Positions 9,164 through 18,945 are shown, counted from the stretch's first letter. The stretch is DNA of 32,000 nt from Halogeometricum borinquense DSM 11551 (GCF_000172995.2 NC_014731.1:30001-62000), one strand, 5' to 3'. Notes: generated by a model from the sequence alone, not told the origin. A program made the numbers and translations.

Positions 9164-9814
9164 ATGCGTAATCGTCTACACGAAATACTTCATCGAGAGC
9201 GACCGTCAAACGATGATCTCCCCCTCCGAGTCGTCGGTATGGACGAGGATGAGGCAGTCGAACTCTTCGAAACGCTTGGGAGTGAGACGACGTATCGCAT
9301 CTACCGGCAACTGCATGAAGAGCCCAAAGTTCCTCGTGAACTCGCCACGGCGCTTGACAGTACGATCCAGAATATCCACTATCATCTCAACAAGTTAGAA
9401 GAAGCAGATCTGATCCAACCAGTTGATACCTGGCATTCGGAAAACGGCGTGGAGATGAAAGTCTATGTCCCAGTTCACGATCCCCTAGTGATAAGCTTTG
9501 GCTCACATGAAGATCAAGACCAGATACAAACGCTGCTCTCACGAGTGTTTGGTCTTCTCGGCGGTGTCTCATTGATCAGTCTGATTGCTGAATTTATCGC
9601 TGCATCTGCGACTAGTTCAGATACCACAGGCAGCGACGTAATAGCGGAGTCATCCAAATCCCCAGCGAGTGGTGAACCTCATACCCTGTTTGACAATCTC
9701 GTAGGGGTGGTCCTCCAGTCAGACCCCGGAGTCGTTCTCTTTCTGCTAGGGGTAACCATTCTCTCGGTATCTACCGCACTCTATCTCGCTCGTCGAGAGC
9801 CATCAGTGCGATAA
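9164..9814 (+). CDS. Membrane-tethered ArsR-like winged-helix transcriptional regulator
   Basis: 216 aa. An HTH segment (RELATALDSTIQNIHYHLNKLEEADLI) is followed by two C-terminal hydrophobic helices. Confidence 0.7.
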   Translation: MRNRLHEILHRERPSNDDLPLRVVGMDEDEAVELFETLGSETTYRIYRQLHEEPKVPRELATALDSTIQNIHYHLNKLEEADLIQPVDTWHSENGVEMKVYVPVHDPLVISFGSHEDQDQIQTLLSRVFGLLGGVSLISLIAEFIAASATSSDTTGSDVIAESSKSPASGEPHTLFDNLVGVVLQSDPGVVLFLLGVTILSVSTALYLARREPSVR

Positions 9815-9874
9815 AATCACTCTTTTATCATGCTGAATACATTTATTTCTGGCCGCCATACTCCAAAGTAGAGC

Positions 9875-10549
9875 ATGAAACGAAGAGCCCTCCTTGGCAG
9901 CCTCGGTGCTGGATCGGCCCTCGGCTTTGCAGGCTGTCTCTCCGACACAGGTACACAGGACGGATCAGATGGCGTGACCGAGACAACTAATCGGACCGCA
10001 TCAGGAACTGAAACAGATATGAATACGTCCAGTACACCTAACACTCCAGCATCTCTTCCGTGTCCCCCACATACGCCGACACACGACGAGGCCGTCTGTT
10101 CGCACACCGTTGATCCCGAAACGGCACAGGTGTATCTAGAACCTCGTCCATCACGAAGCACTCTCGCTGATGGACTGCCGTCAGAGCAGATCTCCCTGAC
10201 GCTTCACAACCAATCCGACACCGAACTCACCTTCAACCCTTACAGCTGGACCATTCGTCGTCACTCACAGAGCGAGTGGCAGCAACTCCAACTCCAACCC
10301 ACCGCAGACGGTACTCTAACACTTTCATCCGGAGAATCTCAGTCTTGGACACTGCAAGAGGTGATCAACTCGGGTCGTGAAGAGACGGACCTTAATCCGG
10401 GCACCTACACTTCCGAAATCGGTGTTCCCAATCCCGAAACAGACGCGTGGATAAGTTGTATCGCAATCATCCGACTTGATCCCTCTACTGCCGATGAAAC
10501 GCCGTCAGGGATGAGTGAGGACGGCAACGATACTGTCAGTTCAGGCTAA
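9875..10549 (+). CDS. Secreted lipoprotein, hypothetical
   Basis: 224 aa. It has a Tat motif (KRRALL) and lipobox (FAGC), a Thr/Ser/Pro-rich linker, then a roughly 120-aa beta-rich domain. Confidence 0.7.
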   Translation: MKRRALLGSLGAGSALGFAGCLSDTGTQDGSDGVTETTNRTASGTETDMNTSSTPNTPASLPCPPHTPTHDEAVCSHTVDPETAQVYLEPRPSRSTLADGLPSEQISLTLHNQSDTELTFNPYSWTIRRHSQSEWQQLQLQPTADGTLTLSSGESQSWTLQEVINSGREETDLNPGTYTSEIGVPNPETDAWISCIAIIRLDPSTADETPSGMSEDGNDTVSSG

Positions 10550-10649
10550 CAACCGAATACTTCCCGTTCTGGAGGTCTGAATTACGAAGTGAGGTACAGA
10601 GATCGAACCTGAGGGGGAGCTTGTATTAGAGACGAGAAAGGGAAACGAG

Positions 10650-11426
10650 TCAGAAGTTGCTGTCGATGTAGGAGTGGACGCTGTTCTCAGCGCAGTTGCT
10701 CACCCACTCGACGATCACTTCCGTACTCCCGTTGTTGCTACACGACACACCGTCCCAACTGTACATGATGCTGATCTCATCATCGGGGGAGGCCGACCGA
10801 GTACTCACATCAGCTGGGTGACTGGAATTGTACAGGTGAAGGAGCTCGTGGAACGCGGTCCCGTCCGCCTTGACCTCCGAGAGTTCTGTGGGGAGGTTGT
10901 TGTTGTCCTCGTGGTGGACGTCAGCGAGGCTGGACTTGTTGTCGCTGTCTCCGGCCGTCCCCTCGTATCCGACTCCGTATGTGTTGCTGTCTTGGCCGTA
11001 GTAGTCGATAATCACGATTGCGGACGGACCATCATAGAAGTCGCTCTCGTTGTTCTGGAGCCAGTCGTCTGCATCGATGAGACGGCCAGCGAGAGAGCCG
11101 CTGCTCGGAAGTGCGCTAGAGGGAACTGTCACACCAGCCGGACCCTGCGCCGTGAACCACGACTCGTAGTCACCACTTCCATCCTCGATGTGGCTCCTCC
11201 AGGCGTCAGAAACCCACGAGAGGATGTCACTCATCCGGTTAAAATCCATGTTGTTCCAGAACGGTTCTGTGCCGACGAACTGTGTTCCGATGTTACCCGA
11301 CTGGAAGACTGCGTCCTGAGAGTTGATGTCAACTCCCTGTGGCACGACCGTCGCTTCCTTGACCTTCCCATCGACTCTAGTGACGTGTATCTCCTGCTCC
11401 TGCGACTTCTCCTGCTGCTGTGACAT
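10650..11426 (-). CDS. Metzincin-like zinc metalloprotease, no signal peptide
   Basis: 258 aa. It has HELLHLYNSSH (HExxHxxxxxH spacing) at aa 193-203 and a Met-turn-like SIMYS 18 aa downstream. The N-terminus is hydrophilic. The ATG lies 2 nt after the upstream stop and is preceded by a GGGGTGA SD-like element. Confidence 0.68.
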   Translation of the reverse strand: MSQQQEKSQEQEIHVTRVDGKVKEATVVPQGVDINSQDAVFQSGNIGTQFVGTEPFWNNMDFNRMSDILSWVSDAWRSHIEDGSGDYESWFTAQGPAGVTVPSSALPSSGSLAGRLIDADDWLQNNESDFYDGPSAIVIIDYYGQDSNTYGVGYEGTAGDSDNKSSLADVHHEDNNNLPTELSEVKADGTAFHELLHLYNSSHPADVSTRSASPDDEISIMYSWDGVSCSNNGSTEVIVEWVSNCAENSVHSYIDSNF

Positions 11427-11428
11427 TA

Positions 11429-12211
11429 TTACTCACCCCCTTTGATGATATCAACGTCTTTCGGCACTGCGACGAGATCGGCTTCCTCGATCTTCGAAGC
11501 GTGCTCGTCTGCGAGTGCGAGAATTGATTCAACTCGTGCCTGAGCGTAGTTGTCCCCGGACGCTAGCGGAAGGACTAGGTAGTCATCATGACCGAATACT
11601 GTCACTTCGCCGTGGTTCCGTGTCTGAACTCTGCGTTCGAGAGGAGTAGCACTCTCATCCGTTGAGTCCGCTACAGATTCGGGCCGACCAGAATCAGCCA
11701 CTTCTTGCCCCACGGACACTTCGAGGTCGATACTGTCAGCACTCACTCGAACACCGCTGCCCTCTGCTTGGACGTGGACAGAACGACCGGCCTGGACTTG
11801 ATCGACCACTGCGTACTGAGCGCCTAACTGTCGGTAGTTCGTGTTGACCGGTAGTCCCCGCTCTGAATTCGTGATCTGCACCGACTTGTCGACGGGGTAG
11901 TAGTCACCCCCAGCAGCTACGACAGTATCGTGTTCCCTGAAGAGTTCCACAGGCGCATTCGTCAGCGTCAGAACACCTCGGCTCTGGTCGAGCGCGTACC
12001 CCGCAGTTCCAGTTCGTGAGATTGTCGGGGCATCGGAAGGAGCCTCGTACTCTTCCTTGATTTCGACGAAGCGAACAGTACCTTGTTCGAACTTGTTGGG
12101 ATCGGCGGCAGCCACCCCGGCTCCGCTACCAAGGCCGAGCGTGAGGACGCCGAGTCCAGCAGTGGACTTTAGTACGCCACGCCGTGTCTGAGTAACTTCG
12201 TTGTCTGGCAT
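11429..12211 (-). CDS. Tat-secreted hypothetical protein
   Basis: 260 aa. The twin-arginine signal (TRRGVLKSTAGLGVLTLGLGSGAGVAAA) has no lipobox Cys. The mature part is acidic. Confidence 0.75.
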   Translation of the reverse strand: MPDNEVTQTRRGVLKSTAGLGVLTLGLGSGAGVAAADPNKFEQGTVRFVEIKEEYEAPSDAPTISRTGTAGYALDQSRGVLTLTNAPVELFREHDTVVAAGGDYYPVDKSVQITNSERGLPVNTNYRQLGAQYAVVDQVQAGRSVHVQAEGSGVRVSADSIDLEVSVGQEVADSGRPESVADSTDESATPLERRVQTRNHGEVTVFGHDDYLVLPLASGDNYAQARVESILALADEHASKIEEADLVAVPKDVDIIKGGE

Positions 12212-12637
12212 TGTTTGATCCGCATTGTCGGCTCGGTCCCGCGGCGAATTTGCTCTAACCGTTCGGAAAATAGTGAGCTTAGGGTTGGCTTACGATGTTT
12301 TCAAGAAAATCCGAAACGAAGCCACACCATTCCTCTTGCTCGATTTAAATCCCAGTAAGTTTCAATTTAGATGACTACTTGCTGAACTGGTCGAGGGGAT
12401 CCCCGAATCAGTTGCCACTCTACAAGATTTGTGAACAGGATTTCCAAGACCTATTTTAGATATGATAAAAACGACAGTTCAAAACGCTCTCGCTGGGGAA
12501 CCTACCCCTCAGCACGACCTCAACAGACTATCAGTAACTGAATATTTCAATAGTCCCTATAATCTATATTACAGCTAATTGTAGGTCGGGGATAGAGTTT
12601 AATATGAATTAGTGGTGACATTAGCACACATTGGAAA

Positions 12638-13429
12638 ATGGTTCCACCAAGCCCTAGTCCGCTTGCTGAGACTCTCCAAGCACGATTAGACTGTTTACGG
12701 ACAATAAATGACGACCCTCAAGAGAAGCGAACGCTCACAGACTCATTAGATATCCCGCGTTCCACCCTCGACGACATCGTCCGAGAGCTGGAAGAAAAGG
12801 GCCTTGTTTCATATAGGGATGGGGAATGGCACACTACTCCCTGGGGACAACTGGCGTGTGAGATGCATTATTCTTACTTGAACAGCATCCGGGACCTCAT
12901 TAAAGCAAAACCAGTTCTGGACATCCTCCCGCCAAACCACTCGCTTAGTGAGTCAGTTATAGTTGATGCCGAAGTGAAACTACCTCATCCGAATGTATCG
13001 GGTTGTCTCATGGGAACGATTTTGGAACGTCTTGAGAAGGCTAATGACATCCGTATAGCGACACCTCAAGTCTTGACAGGGTATTACGAGCAGTTTTACC
13101 AGTATTGCTCTAACGATGAAACATCAGTAGAAATTATTCTTGATCAACAGATCAGAGACTGGTATGAATCCCAAGACTCTGAGAAAGTAAATGAATTATC
13201 CAATTGTCCATCCACTTCTGTGCGCTGGAGAGAGATTCCCTTTGAGTTTGGTCTGGTTCTACTTGACGATGAAGAAGTTATCGTCTCCGTCTTCGCCGAA
13301 CATGGCATTGCTGGCCTCATCATGAATGATTCACGAGATGCAATGGCCTGGGCAAGGGACAGATATGATTCAATTAGACAAGATTCTGAGTCAACGAAGA
13401 ACAGTAATAAAATCTCTGGGGTAACGTAG
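12638..13429 (+). CDS. Winged-helix transcriptional regulator (possibly FilR1/DUF1724-like)
   Basis: 263 aa. The N-terminal wHTH is RTLTDSLDIPRSTLDDIVRELEEKGLV, followed by a roughly 180-aa C-terminal domain. The gene and its flanks are AT-rich. Confidence 0.62.
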   Translation: MVPPSPSPLAETLQARLDCLRTINDDPQEKRTLTDSLDIPRSTLDDIVRELEEKGLVSYRDGEWHTTPWGQLACEMHYSYLNSIRDLIKAKPVLDILPPNHSLSESVIVDAEVKLPHPNVSGCLMGTILERLEKANDIRIATPQVLTGYYEQFYQYCSNDETSVEIILDQQIRDWYESQDSEKVNELSNCPSTSVRWREIPFEFGLVLLDDEEVIVSVFAEHGIAGLIMNDSRDAMAWARDRYDSIRQDSESTKNSNKISGVT

Positions 13430-13930
13430 GCTAAAGTCAGATTTAACCGTATTTAGCAAGCTGGGTTTGGCACCATCAATTTTCTACCACCTGTTCTAAA
13501 CGTTTGGTAGACTAGTTAAACGTGGAATTTGCATTCACCGTATTGCACCGCCCGGCGAACGAATAACAGAACCCCACGACTGGCTGATACAACTTACGGC
13601 TCTCCAACTCCGGTCGCTCCCGAGAGGCATTCTGTTGTCGATACAACTGCCGGTGTCGGATTGCGAGTGGGGTGATAGGCTCTACGTCAACATCAAACCG
13701 AACGCTTCCGTGAGCGAGGTTTGCCGGGAGCGGCCGAGCGATTGATCAGCGTCACGATTCCCGGAACGATTGGATTCGGCACTGAACGCCGACAAGACAC
13801 GCGAAGTCATTTCGCGCTACTATCTCGCAAACGCCATCGAATTCCGTTCGGGCGTGAAGTCGTACGGAAATCAAGGATGTCCGTGATGGCGAGATGCGCT
13901 GCATCTCGAACCACTTGACTCCGGGGCGAC

Positions 13931-14611
13931 TCAGGATTTGGACTGGTGATGAGCGGCAGAGGAAGAAGCGCTGTCGGCCCAGAGGTCGTAGCCGACGACA
14001 AGCGCCATAGCACTCGTTGGCGTAATTAACAGCAAGTCAGCAATAGGCGTGAACTGAACGCCGAGCAGCGAGACACCGAGGTACGCACAAGTGAGCAACG
14101 GTGCGCCGGCGAGTGCGATGCCAAGTCGCATATTGTCGGCCCGGAGGTAGCCAGCACCCCACCCGACAAGTCCGGGGAGTGTAAGCACGAGTCCGATAGC
14201 CTGAGCAAGAAGGCCAAGGACGTAACTCATGATTTCGTCCAGGCCCGCTGTAGTGACTAATAGGCTTCCGAACAAGATGATACTCGTCCCAAAGACGGTG
14301 ACGAGGCCGGACACACTCCGTAAGTTCGACAGCGACGTACCGTCACGCTTGAACAGCGCGCCCAAACCGACAATGACCAGAACATTCGCACTGACGGTCA
14401 AAAAGGGCTGAGCTATCCGTTGCATCCAAATTGCACTAAACAGCGGTGGAGCAAACACGTACGAATCACCCGGCTGTGGTTCGGGCCACACCGCAAGCGG
14501 AACTGCGGCAATGAGCAAACAGAGGGCACTAAGACCGAGAAGCGGACCAGCGGTCCGGTATGAAGGACGCCACATCGTATCACTCACCTCCGATAGCCAC
14601 CACGGTGCCAT
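13931..14611 (-). CDS. Polytopic membrane protein, hypothetical
   Basis: 226 aa with about 6 hydrophobic helices. The longest form overlaps the upstream gene by 32 nt. An alternative ATG at 14575 begins 4 nt after the upstream stop. Confidence 0.62.
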   Translation of the reverse strand: MAPWWLSEVSDTMWRPSYRTAGPLLGLSALCLLIAAVPLAVWPEPQPGDSYVFAPPLFSAIWMQRIAQPFLTVSANVLVIVGLGALFKRDGTSLSNLRSVSGLVTVFGTSIILFGSLLVTTAGLDEIMSYVLGLLAQAIGLVLTLPGLVGWGAGYLRADNMRLGIALAGAPLLTCAYLGVSLLGVQFTPIADLLLITPTSAMALVVGYDLWADSASSSAAHHQSKS

Positions 14612-15797
14612 CTGGCGACACGCTCACAATCCCACCATCGAGGACCGCTAGTGATCCGACCTCCGGTTCGGCTGAATACCGCCATACTGCTTCGCCGAAG
14701 CGCGTTGTAAAGGCGGTGAGGCCATCATCCATCTGAGACGTGAATACGGTGTCGTCAGTTGCGGCAGTGACGGCTCCACCCAGACTAGTTTCTGAACACC
14801 ATCGCGGCTCCGGTTGGCCGTCGTCAATACGATCGAACGCGAACGTCGCGCTGGACGCTTCACCGGGTATCTCGATTGCGTACACGCTTTCGGGTGTGAC
14901 GACCGGCATTTCAAACGACCGTCCACGGTCGATACGCCACTGCTCGGTCCCGTCGGCGAGTGACCGGCCGAGTAGTTCGCCAGATTCGGTCACGTATACC
15001 GTCCCGTCGGCAACGACAGGATACCCACTAGTTTCCTCTGGCTGCCGCCAGCGAACTTCGCTAGTCGCAGCATCCAGTGCTACTGTCTGCTCATCGGTAG
15101 CGACGACGGAGCCGTTGGCCACGGCTAGCCTCGTCCCGTTGGCGTCCGCTGTCCACTGTCGCTCTCCAGTGTCGCTCTCAAATCTTGTTATCCCGTCGGC
15201 TGTCGGGACGAATAGAGCATCGCGAGTCACAACAGGGACACCCGTCCCAGTGCTGTCGGTGTTCCGCCACACAACGGTGCCGTCGTCAATTTCCAGTGCG
15301 ACGACACCGTTGGCTGTCGCGAGAAATGCCCGGCCATTCGAGAGCACCGGTGACGCCGGAGCCTCTCCAATACCGACTACTGACGGAACTGTCGCGGGTG
15401 TGAGACTGCGTCGCCACTGTTCGGTCCCGTCAGAAAGCGACAACGAAACGACGCTCTCCGGAGTCGTCAGAACGACAGTTTCGTCGGCAACTACCACTGG
15501 ACCCGTATCGACGTCCGCATCCGTGACAGAAGACGTGGAAACATGTGCTTTCCACTGGATCGATGGGGCTGTCGCCTCCATCTGAACTGGCGCATAGCTT
15601 GTGTTCGCGGCGTCGAACCGCGGTGACGGCCACGAACTGTCAGGGACCGTCTCAAACCCAGAGCCGACATTTGATCCAACGATATGAGATGGGTCTGGCG
15701 GGTCGCCGTCAGGGCACGACGATGAACAGCCAGCGATGCTGGCAGCCGTTCCGGTCGCAAGCATGCCAAGAAATGTTCGTCTCGACTTGGAGGGCAT
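14580..15797 (-). CDS. PQQ-like (BamB-type) beta-propeller repeat lipoprotein
   Basis: About 405 aa. It has a Tat motif (SRRTFL) and lipobox (IAGC), followed by repeated W/G-containing blades (EQWR, VVWR, RQWT, VRWR, EQWR, AVWR). The ATG at 15797 is preferred over the TTG at 15800. Confidence 0.8.
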   Translation of the reverse strand: MPSKSRRTFLGMLATGTAASIAGCSSSCPDGDPPDPSHIVGSNVGSGFETVPDSSWPSPRFDAANTSYAPVQMEATAPSIQWKAHVSTSSVTDADVDTGPVVVADETVVLTTPESVVSLSLSDGTEQWRRSLTPATVPSVVGIGEAPASPVLSNGRAFLATANGVVALEIDDGTVVWRNTDSTGTGVPVVTRDALFVPTADGITRFESDTGERQWTADANGTRLAVANGSVVATDEQTVALDAATSEVRWRQPEETSGYPVVADGTVYVTESGELLGRSLADGTEQWRIDRGRSFEMPVVTPESVYAIEIPGEASSATFAFDRIDDGQPEPRWCSETSLGGAVTAATDDTVFTSQMDDGLTAFTTRFGEAVWRYSAEPEVGSLAVLDGGIVSVSPDGTVVAIGGE

Positions 15798-16225
15798 CAA
15801 TTGTCGGTTTTGTCAGATTCATAAAAATGTTGGCGGGACTTCGCAGGTGCTGTCCAGATAGATATCACTACCAGTTGTTGCGGGTGTGATATTGTGAACT
15901 CAACGTGAGAAATGGCAGATAGATCTAGGCACGAATCCACTGTGGGGGTTCGATACACTCGCTTCCCCGAAGTTATACATCGCCGCCCGTACACTCATAA
16001 ACCATATTCAGCGATACAGTATATCAAATCTGATTCCCCAAAGTTTCGGAGGATGGGTTATTTTTGCGCTTTTCTAGGGGTTTTCGTGGTTCGGACAGGC
16101 CACATCGGTGTCGCATCAACTACCGTTCTCGGTGAGACACCATCGAATGCGCAAAAACAGCCCAAAATTTGACCACTTGCAGAGTGTCGCCACTCACAAC
16201 AGGCGGTCCGAGCTGGTGTAGAGCT

Positions 16226-16397
16226 CTAGTCAGGCGGGATTAGTGCCGAGCAAACCAACTCGACACACTCACCAGCAGTCAGCACAGGTGCATATCCATC
16301 TCCCACCGACGCCGGCTTTCAGCAGGACGTTGGTGAGCCGACAGATATTGTACAGCAGCACGGCGAACACGAAGTAGAACAGCCGGACGCGAGGGGT
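16226..16397 (-). mobile_element. C-terminal remnant of a DDE transposase (haloarchaeal IS4/ISH3-like), 5'-truncated and frameshifted
   Basis: Hand translation gives TPRVRLFYFVFAVLLYNICRLTNVLLKAGVGG. After a 1-nt shift it continues GDGYAPVLTAGECVELVCSALIPPD* . The FAVLLYN...RL pattern matches haloarchaeal IS transposase C-termini as I remember them. Confidence 0.45.
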
Positions 16398-16467
16398 TCA
16401 CTAGGAAGATCCAGTCATTCCTGCTGCTTCCAGAGTAACTATTCATATAAGTAACAAACGATATTAG

Positions 16468-17480
16468 ATGCGTGTCGCAGCTTTCAGCGATTTCACTGGT
16501 CCAAATAGCATTTCGATTATCGATCGGCCAATACCTGAACCCGATAGACATGAGGCTGTAGTCGAAGTCGAGGCGTGTGCGATCAATCGTCACGACCTCT
16601 GGATTCTCGAAGGAGACTCCGCAGTGATAGATACGGACGACCTGCCATTCGTTAGTGGTCTTGACCTTGCAGGAACTGTCCAGAATATCGGTGAAGACTT
16701 ACTGGTGTCGAGTCCGGTGATCGTGTAGTTCTCTGCCCGAACGTAACGTGCGGAACATGTCGCTACTGTCGGGAGGGTCCGGAAAATCTCTGTGAAAATT
16801 ACTCGCTCTATCACGGAGGACTTGCTGAGGCTGCCCGGGTACAGGCTGACCGTCTCATCCCCCTTCCGGATTCCGTGAGTACGGTTGAAGCGGCCGCTCT
16901 TCCGACAGCCTACATGACCGCGTACCATATGCTTCGCCGACTAGAAATCGGACCGACTGACCTCGTGTTTATTCCCGGTGTGACTGGAGGTGTCGGGGTC
17001 GCCGGTGTGCAACTCGTAGCCTCCCTTGGTGCCCACAGCATCGGGACGTCTTCGTCTCAAGTAAAACTCGACCGCCTCAAATCGCTCGGTCTTGACTACG
17101 CAATCAAAAGCACCGACCCAAACGAGATTGAGGATGCGGTCACAAACATCGGCTCGGTTGACGGTGTACTTAACCACCTCGGAGGAGAGTACACCCAGCT
17201 TGGGTTGGATGTATTGCGGCGTGATGGTCGGATGGCGGTCTGCGGGCGGACAGCTGGTAATAAATCTGTAATCAACATCTCAGATCTATTCCTCGGCCAC
17301 AAACGCATCATCGGGAGTACAATGGGAACACAACGTGATTTGGAGACCCTGATAGGACTGGTTGCAGCCGGTTCTCTCACACCTGAGATTGACGAAACCT
17401 ACTCGCTTGAGGATACTGAAGCGGCGTTCGTGGCGATGCAGGACCGCGAGAGCGTCGGAAAGCTCGTTGTCATCCCCTAG
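16468..17480 (+). pseudogene. Zinc-type alcohol dehydrogenase / quinone oxidoreductase (MDR family), frameshifted
   Basis: ORF 16468-16728 (MRVAAF...NIGED) stops prematurely. The sequence continues in another frame from about 16698 (LTGVESGDRVVLCPNVTCGTCRYCREGPENLC...) into ORF 16875-17480. A single frameshift near 16697-16701 restores a roughly 337-aa MDR protein. Confidence 0.75.
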
Positions 17481-17728
17481 TTCGTTCTAAATAGAGATGA
17501 TTTGACCAGTCGTTCACTTGATCTCAGAGTCCACTAAATAAGCGATCCAGTCTGCTATGACTTTTGACTCACCACGTCGTGATAACGGAATCTAATCACG
17601 CTCTTGAGCCTGTGTTTCTTCTTGTTGCTGCTTGAACACAACTCCGGAGAATGATTTTGATGCGTGCCTTCTGTTCGGCTCTGTTGAAATCCTCAGGAAG
17701 TTACATGTTCGCCGTGTAATTCGATGAG

Positions 17729-17812
17729 ATGAAGGCCCTCCCGAAGTCGCAGATTCTCCGGTTTACTGAGAAGGCGATCCATCTGGCACGGCGAGCTGTC
17801 GCTCGATACTGA
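17729..17812 (+). mobile_element. N-terminal 27-codon remnant of a haloarchaeal IS transposase (IS5-family-like)
   Basis: MKALPKSQILRFTEKAIHLARRAVARY* matches the N-terminus of a haloarchaeal transposase family that continues RYSSKFSKRRYT..., as I remember it. Here the ORF terminates and the homology ends. Confidence 0.4.
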
Positions 17813-17853
17813 GACTATCCAAGGGGTGGTGCGAAAGATCACTTCTCAGTATT

Positions 17854-18030
17854 TTACCTAAGATTGAAAAGAACGAACCCAGAAGCGAGACCGCCTGCAA
17901 CAGCCGGAATAATCGATTCAAGTAGACCTCCGTCAAAGAGAACTAATTCGAAAACACTCGATATTACCACCCAAACCACCACATTAGTCGTTATGAATAC
18001 CCATTGGTCTTCTAAGTCAAATGAGGCCAT
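17854..18030 (-). CDS. Possible small two-helix membrane protein (58 aa)
   Basis: This ORF is below the track cutoff and was found by hand: MASFDLEDQWVFITTNVVVWVVISSVFELVLFDGGLLESIIPAVAGGLASGFVLFNLR. It has two hydrophobic helices, is AT-rich, and has no clear promoter. Confidence 0.25.
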   Translation of the reverse strand: MASFDLEDQWVFITTNVVVWVVISSVFELVLFDGGLLESIIPAVAGGLASGFVLFNLR

Positions 18031-18639
18031 ATCTGCGAATTATGTTCCAGTCTCTAATCCGTACTGGTGTCTTCGCACTCTTCACCAACCGGCTGTTTCA
18101 GTCGATAATGTGTTTGAAGAATAGGATTTCAACAAAGCTAAAAATCCATAATTCAAGAGCACTGAACGTAATGAGAGCTATTCCCAGATTAGTCAGAGGA
18201 CGCTATGTGAAGTACATCCCTTTGAAAAGACAGATAATTTACAATTACGATGGTAATATTGTCACGCTGTAAATTTCCAATTCGCCGAAATGATTCCGGT
18301 CTAACTGGAATCAGTGAACGGATTAGACTCGCCTTTGGTGATAAAAAACAACAGTGTGTTTCCCATCGTGTTCAGGTCTTCGTGTCCGATAGGATATACA
18401 AGATGAAAACCATCCTCCACAGTCTGGGACCAACTGTGATCTAGTAGGCGACTCTACGCTTCGCCCCTCTTCGGTAACCTATCTCAGTTATCCCCTATCA
18501 TATCATATGAATTTCTATCCTGTTGGAAAGTTGCCCCAATAGCCCGAATCAAGGCCGAGAATATTATTTCACTACTTGACAATCAGAAAACATAAATATT
18601 TTTATGTAATCAGACACACATAACAGATGGTGTTTCACA

Positions 18640-18945
18640 ATGCCAACTAACTTAGAAACGGTCCAGTTCACGTTCTCAGACGTCACGGGTCACGAGTACA
18701 CTGACTCGGAAAGTCTCGGCGCTAGTGGACAGGTTATAGCGGCAGAGACGGCTATCAAGAGCTTCGAGATCGGATTTGAGGGCAACGACCGCGAACTCAT
18801 GTCCGAGAAGATTCAGACCGATGCCGACGTGCACGGCGACACAATCAGTGTGAATCTTGAAGCACTCTTCCGCGACGCCAGCGGTCATATCGACGACCCG
18901 TACGGTGGCAATGTCGAGGTACTCGTTATTACCGAAAACGAGTAA
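18640..18945 (+). CDS. Small acidic hypothetical protein (101 aa)
   Basis: ATG start and acidic composition. An AT-rich promoter with the inverted repeat ACATAAA-N4-TTTATGT (18590-18607) lies about 35-50 nt upstream. A T8 run lies 27 nt after the stop. Confidence 0.55.
   Translation: MPTNLETVQFTFSDVTGHEYTDSESLGASGQVIAAETAIKSFEIGFEGNDRELMSEKIQTDADVHGDTISVNLEALFRDASGHIDDPYGGNVEVLVITENE

Noticed and set aside
10674-11423. 249-aa + strand ORF antisense to the metzincin-like gene
   Set aside because: Its composition is Val/Arg/Leu-rich and non-halophilic. The opposite strand carries the HExxH/Met-turn motifs and tight operon punctuation.
13540-13930. Short open stretches (for example ...WGDRLYVNIKPNASVSEV... 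and ...DKTREVISRYYLANAIEFRSGVKSYG...) that might be gene remnants such as an integrase or transposase
   Set aside because: I could not match them to any family motif from memory. The frames are interrupted. A BLASTX of this interval would be needed to support any call.
16061-16157. Nested inverted repeats (TTTTTGCGC ... GCGCAAAAA, with inner GGTGTC ... GACACC) beside the IS remnant; a possible MITE or structured RNA
   Set aside because: A rough estimate expects several 9-bp inverted repeats within 100 nt by chance in 32 kb. The inner stem is only 6 bp and no second copy is in the window. It may simply be IS-terminal debris.
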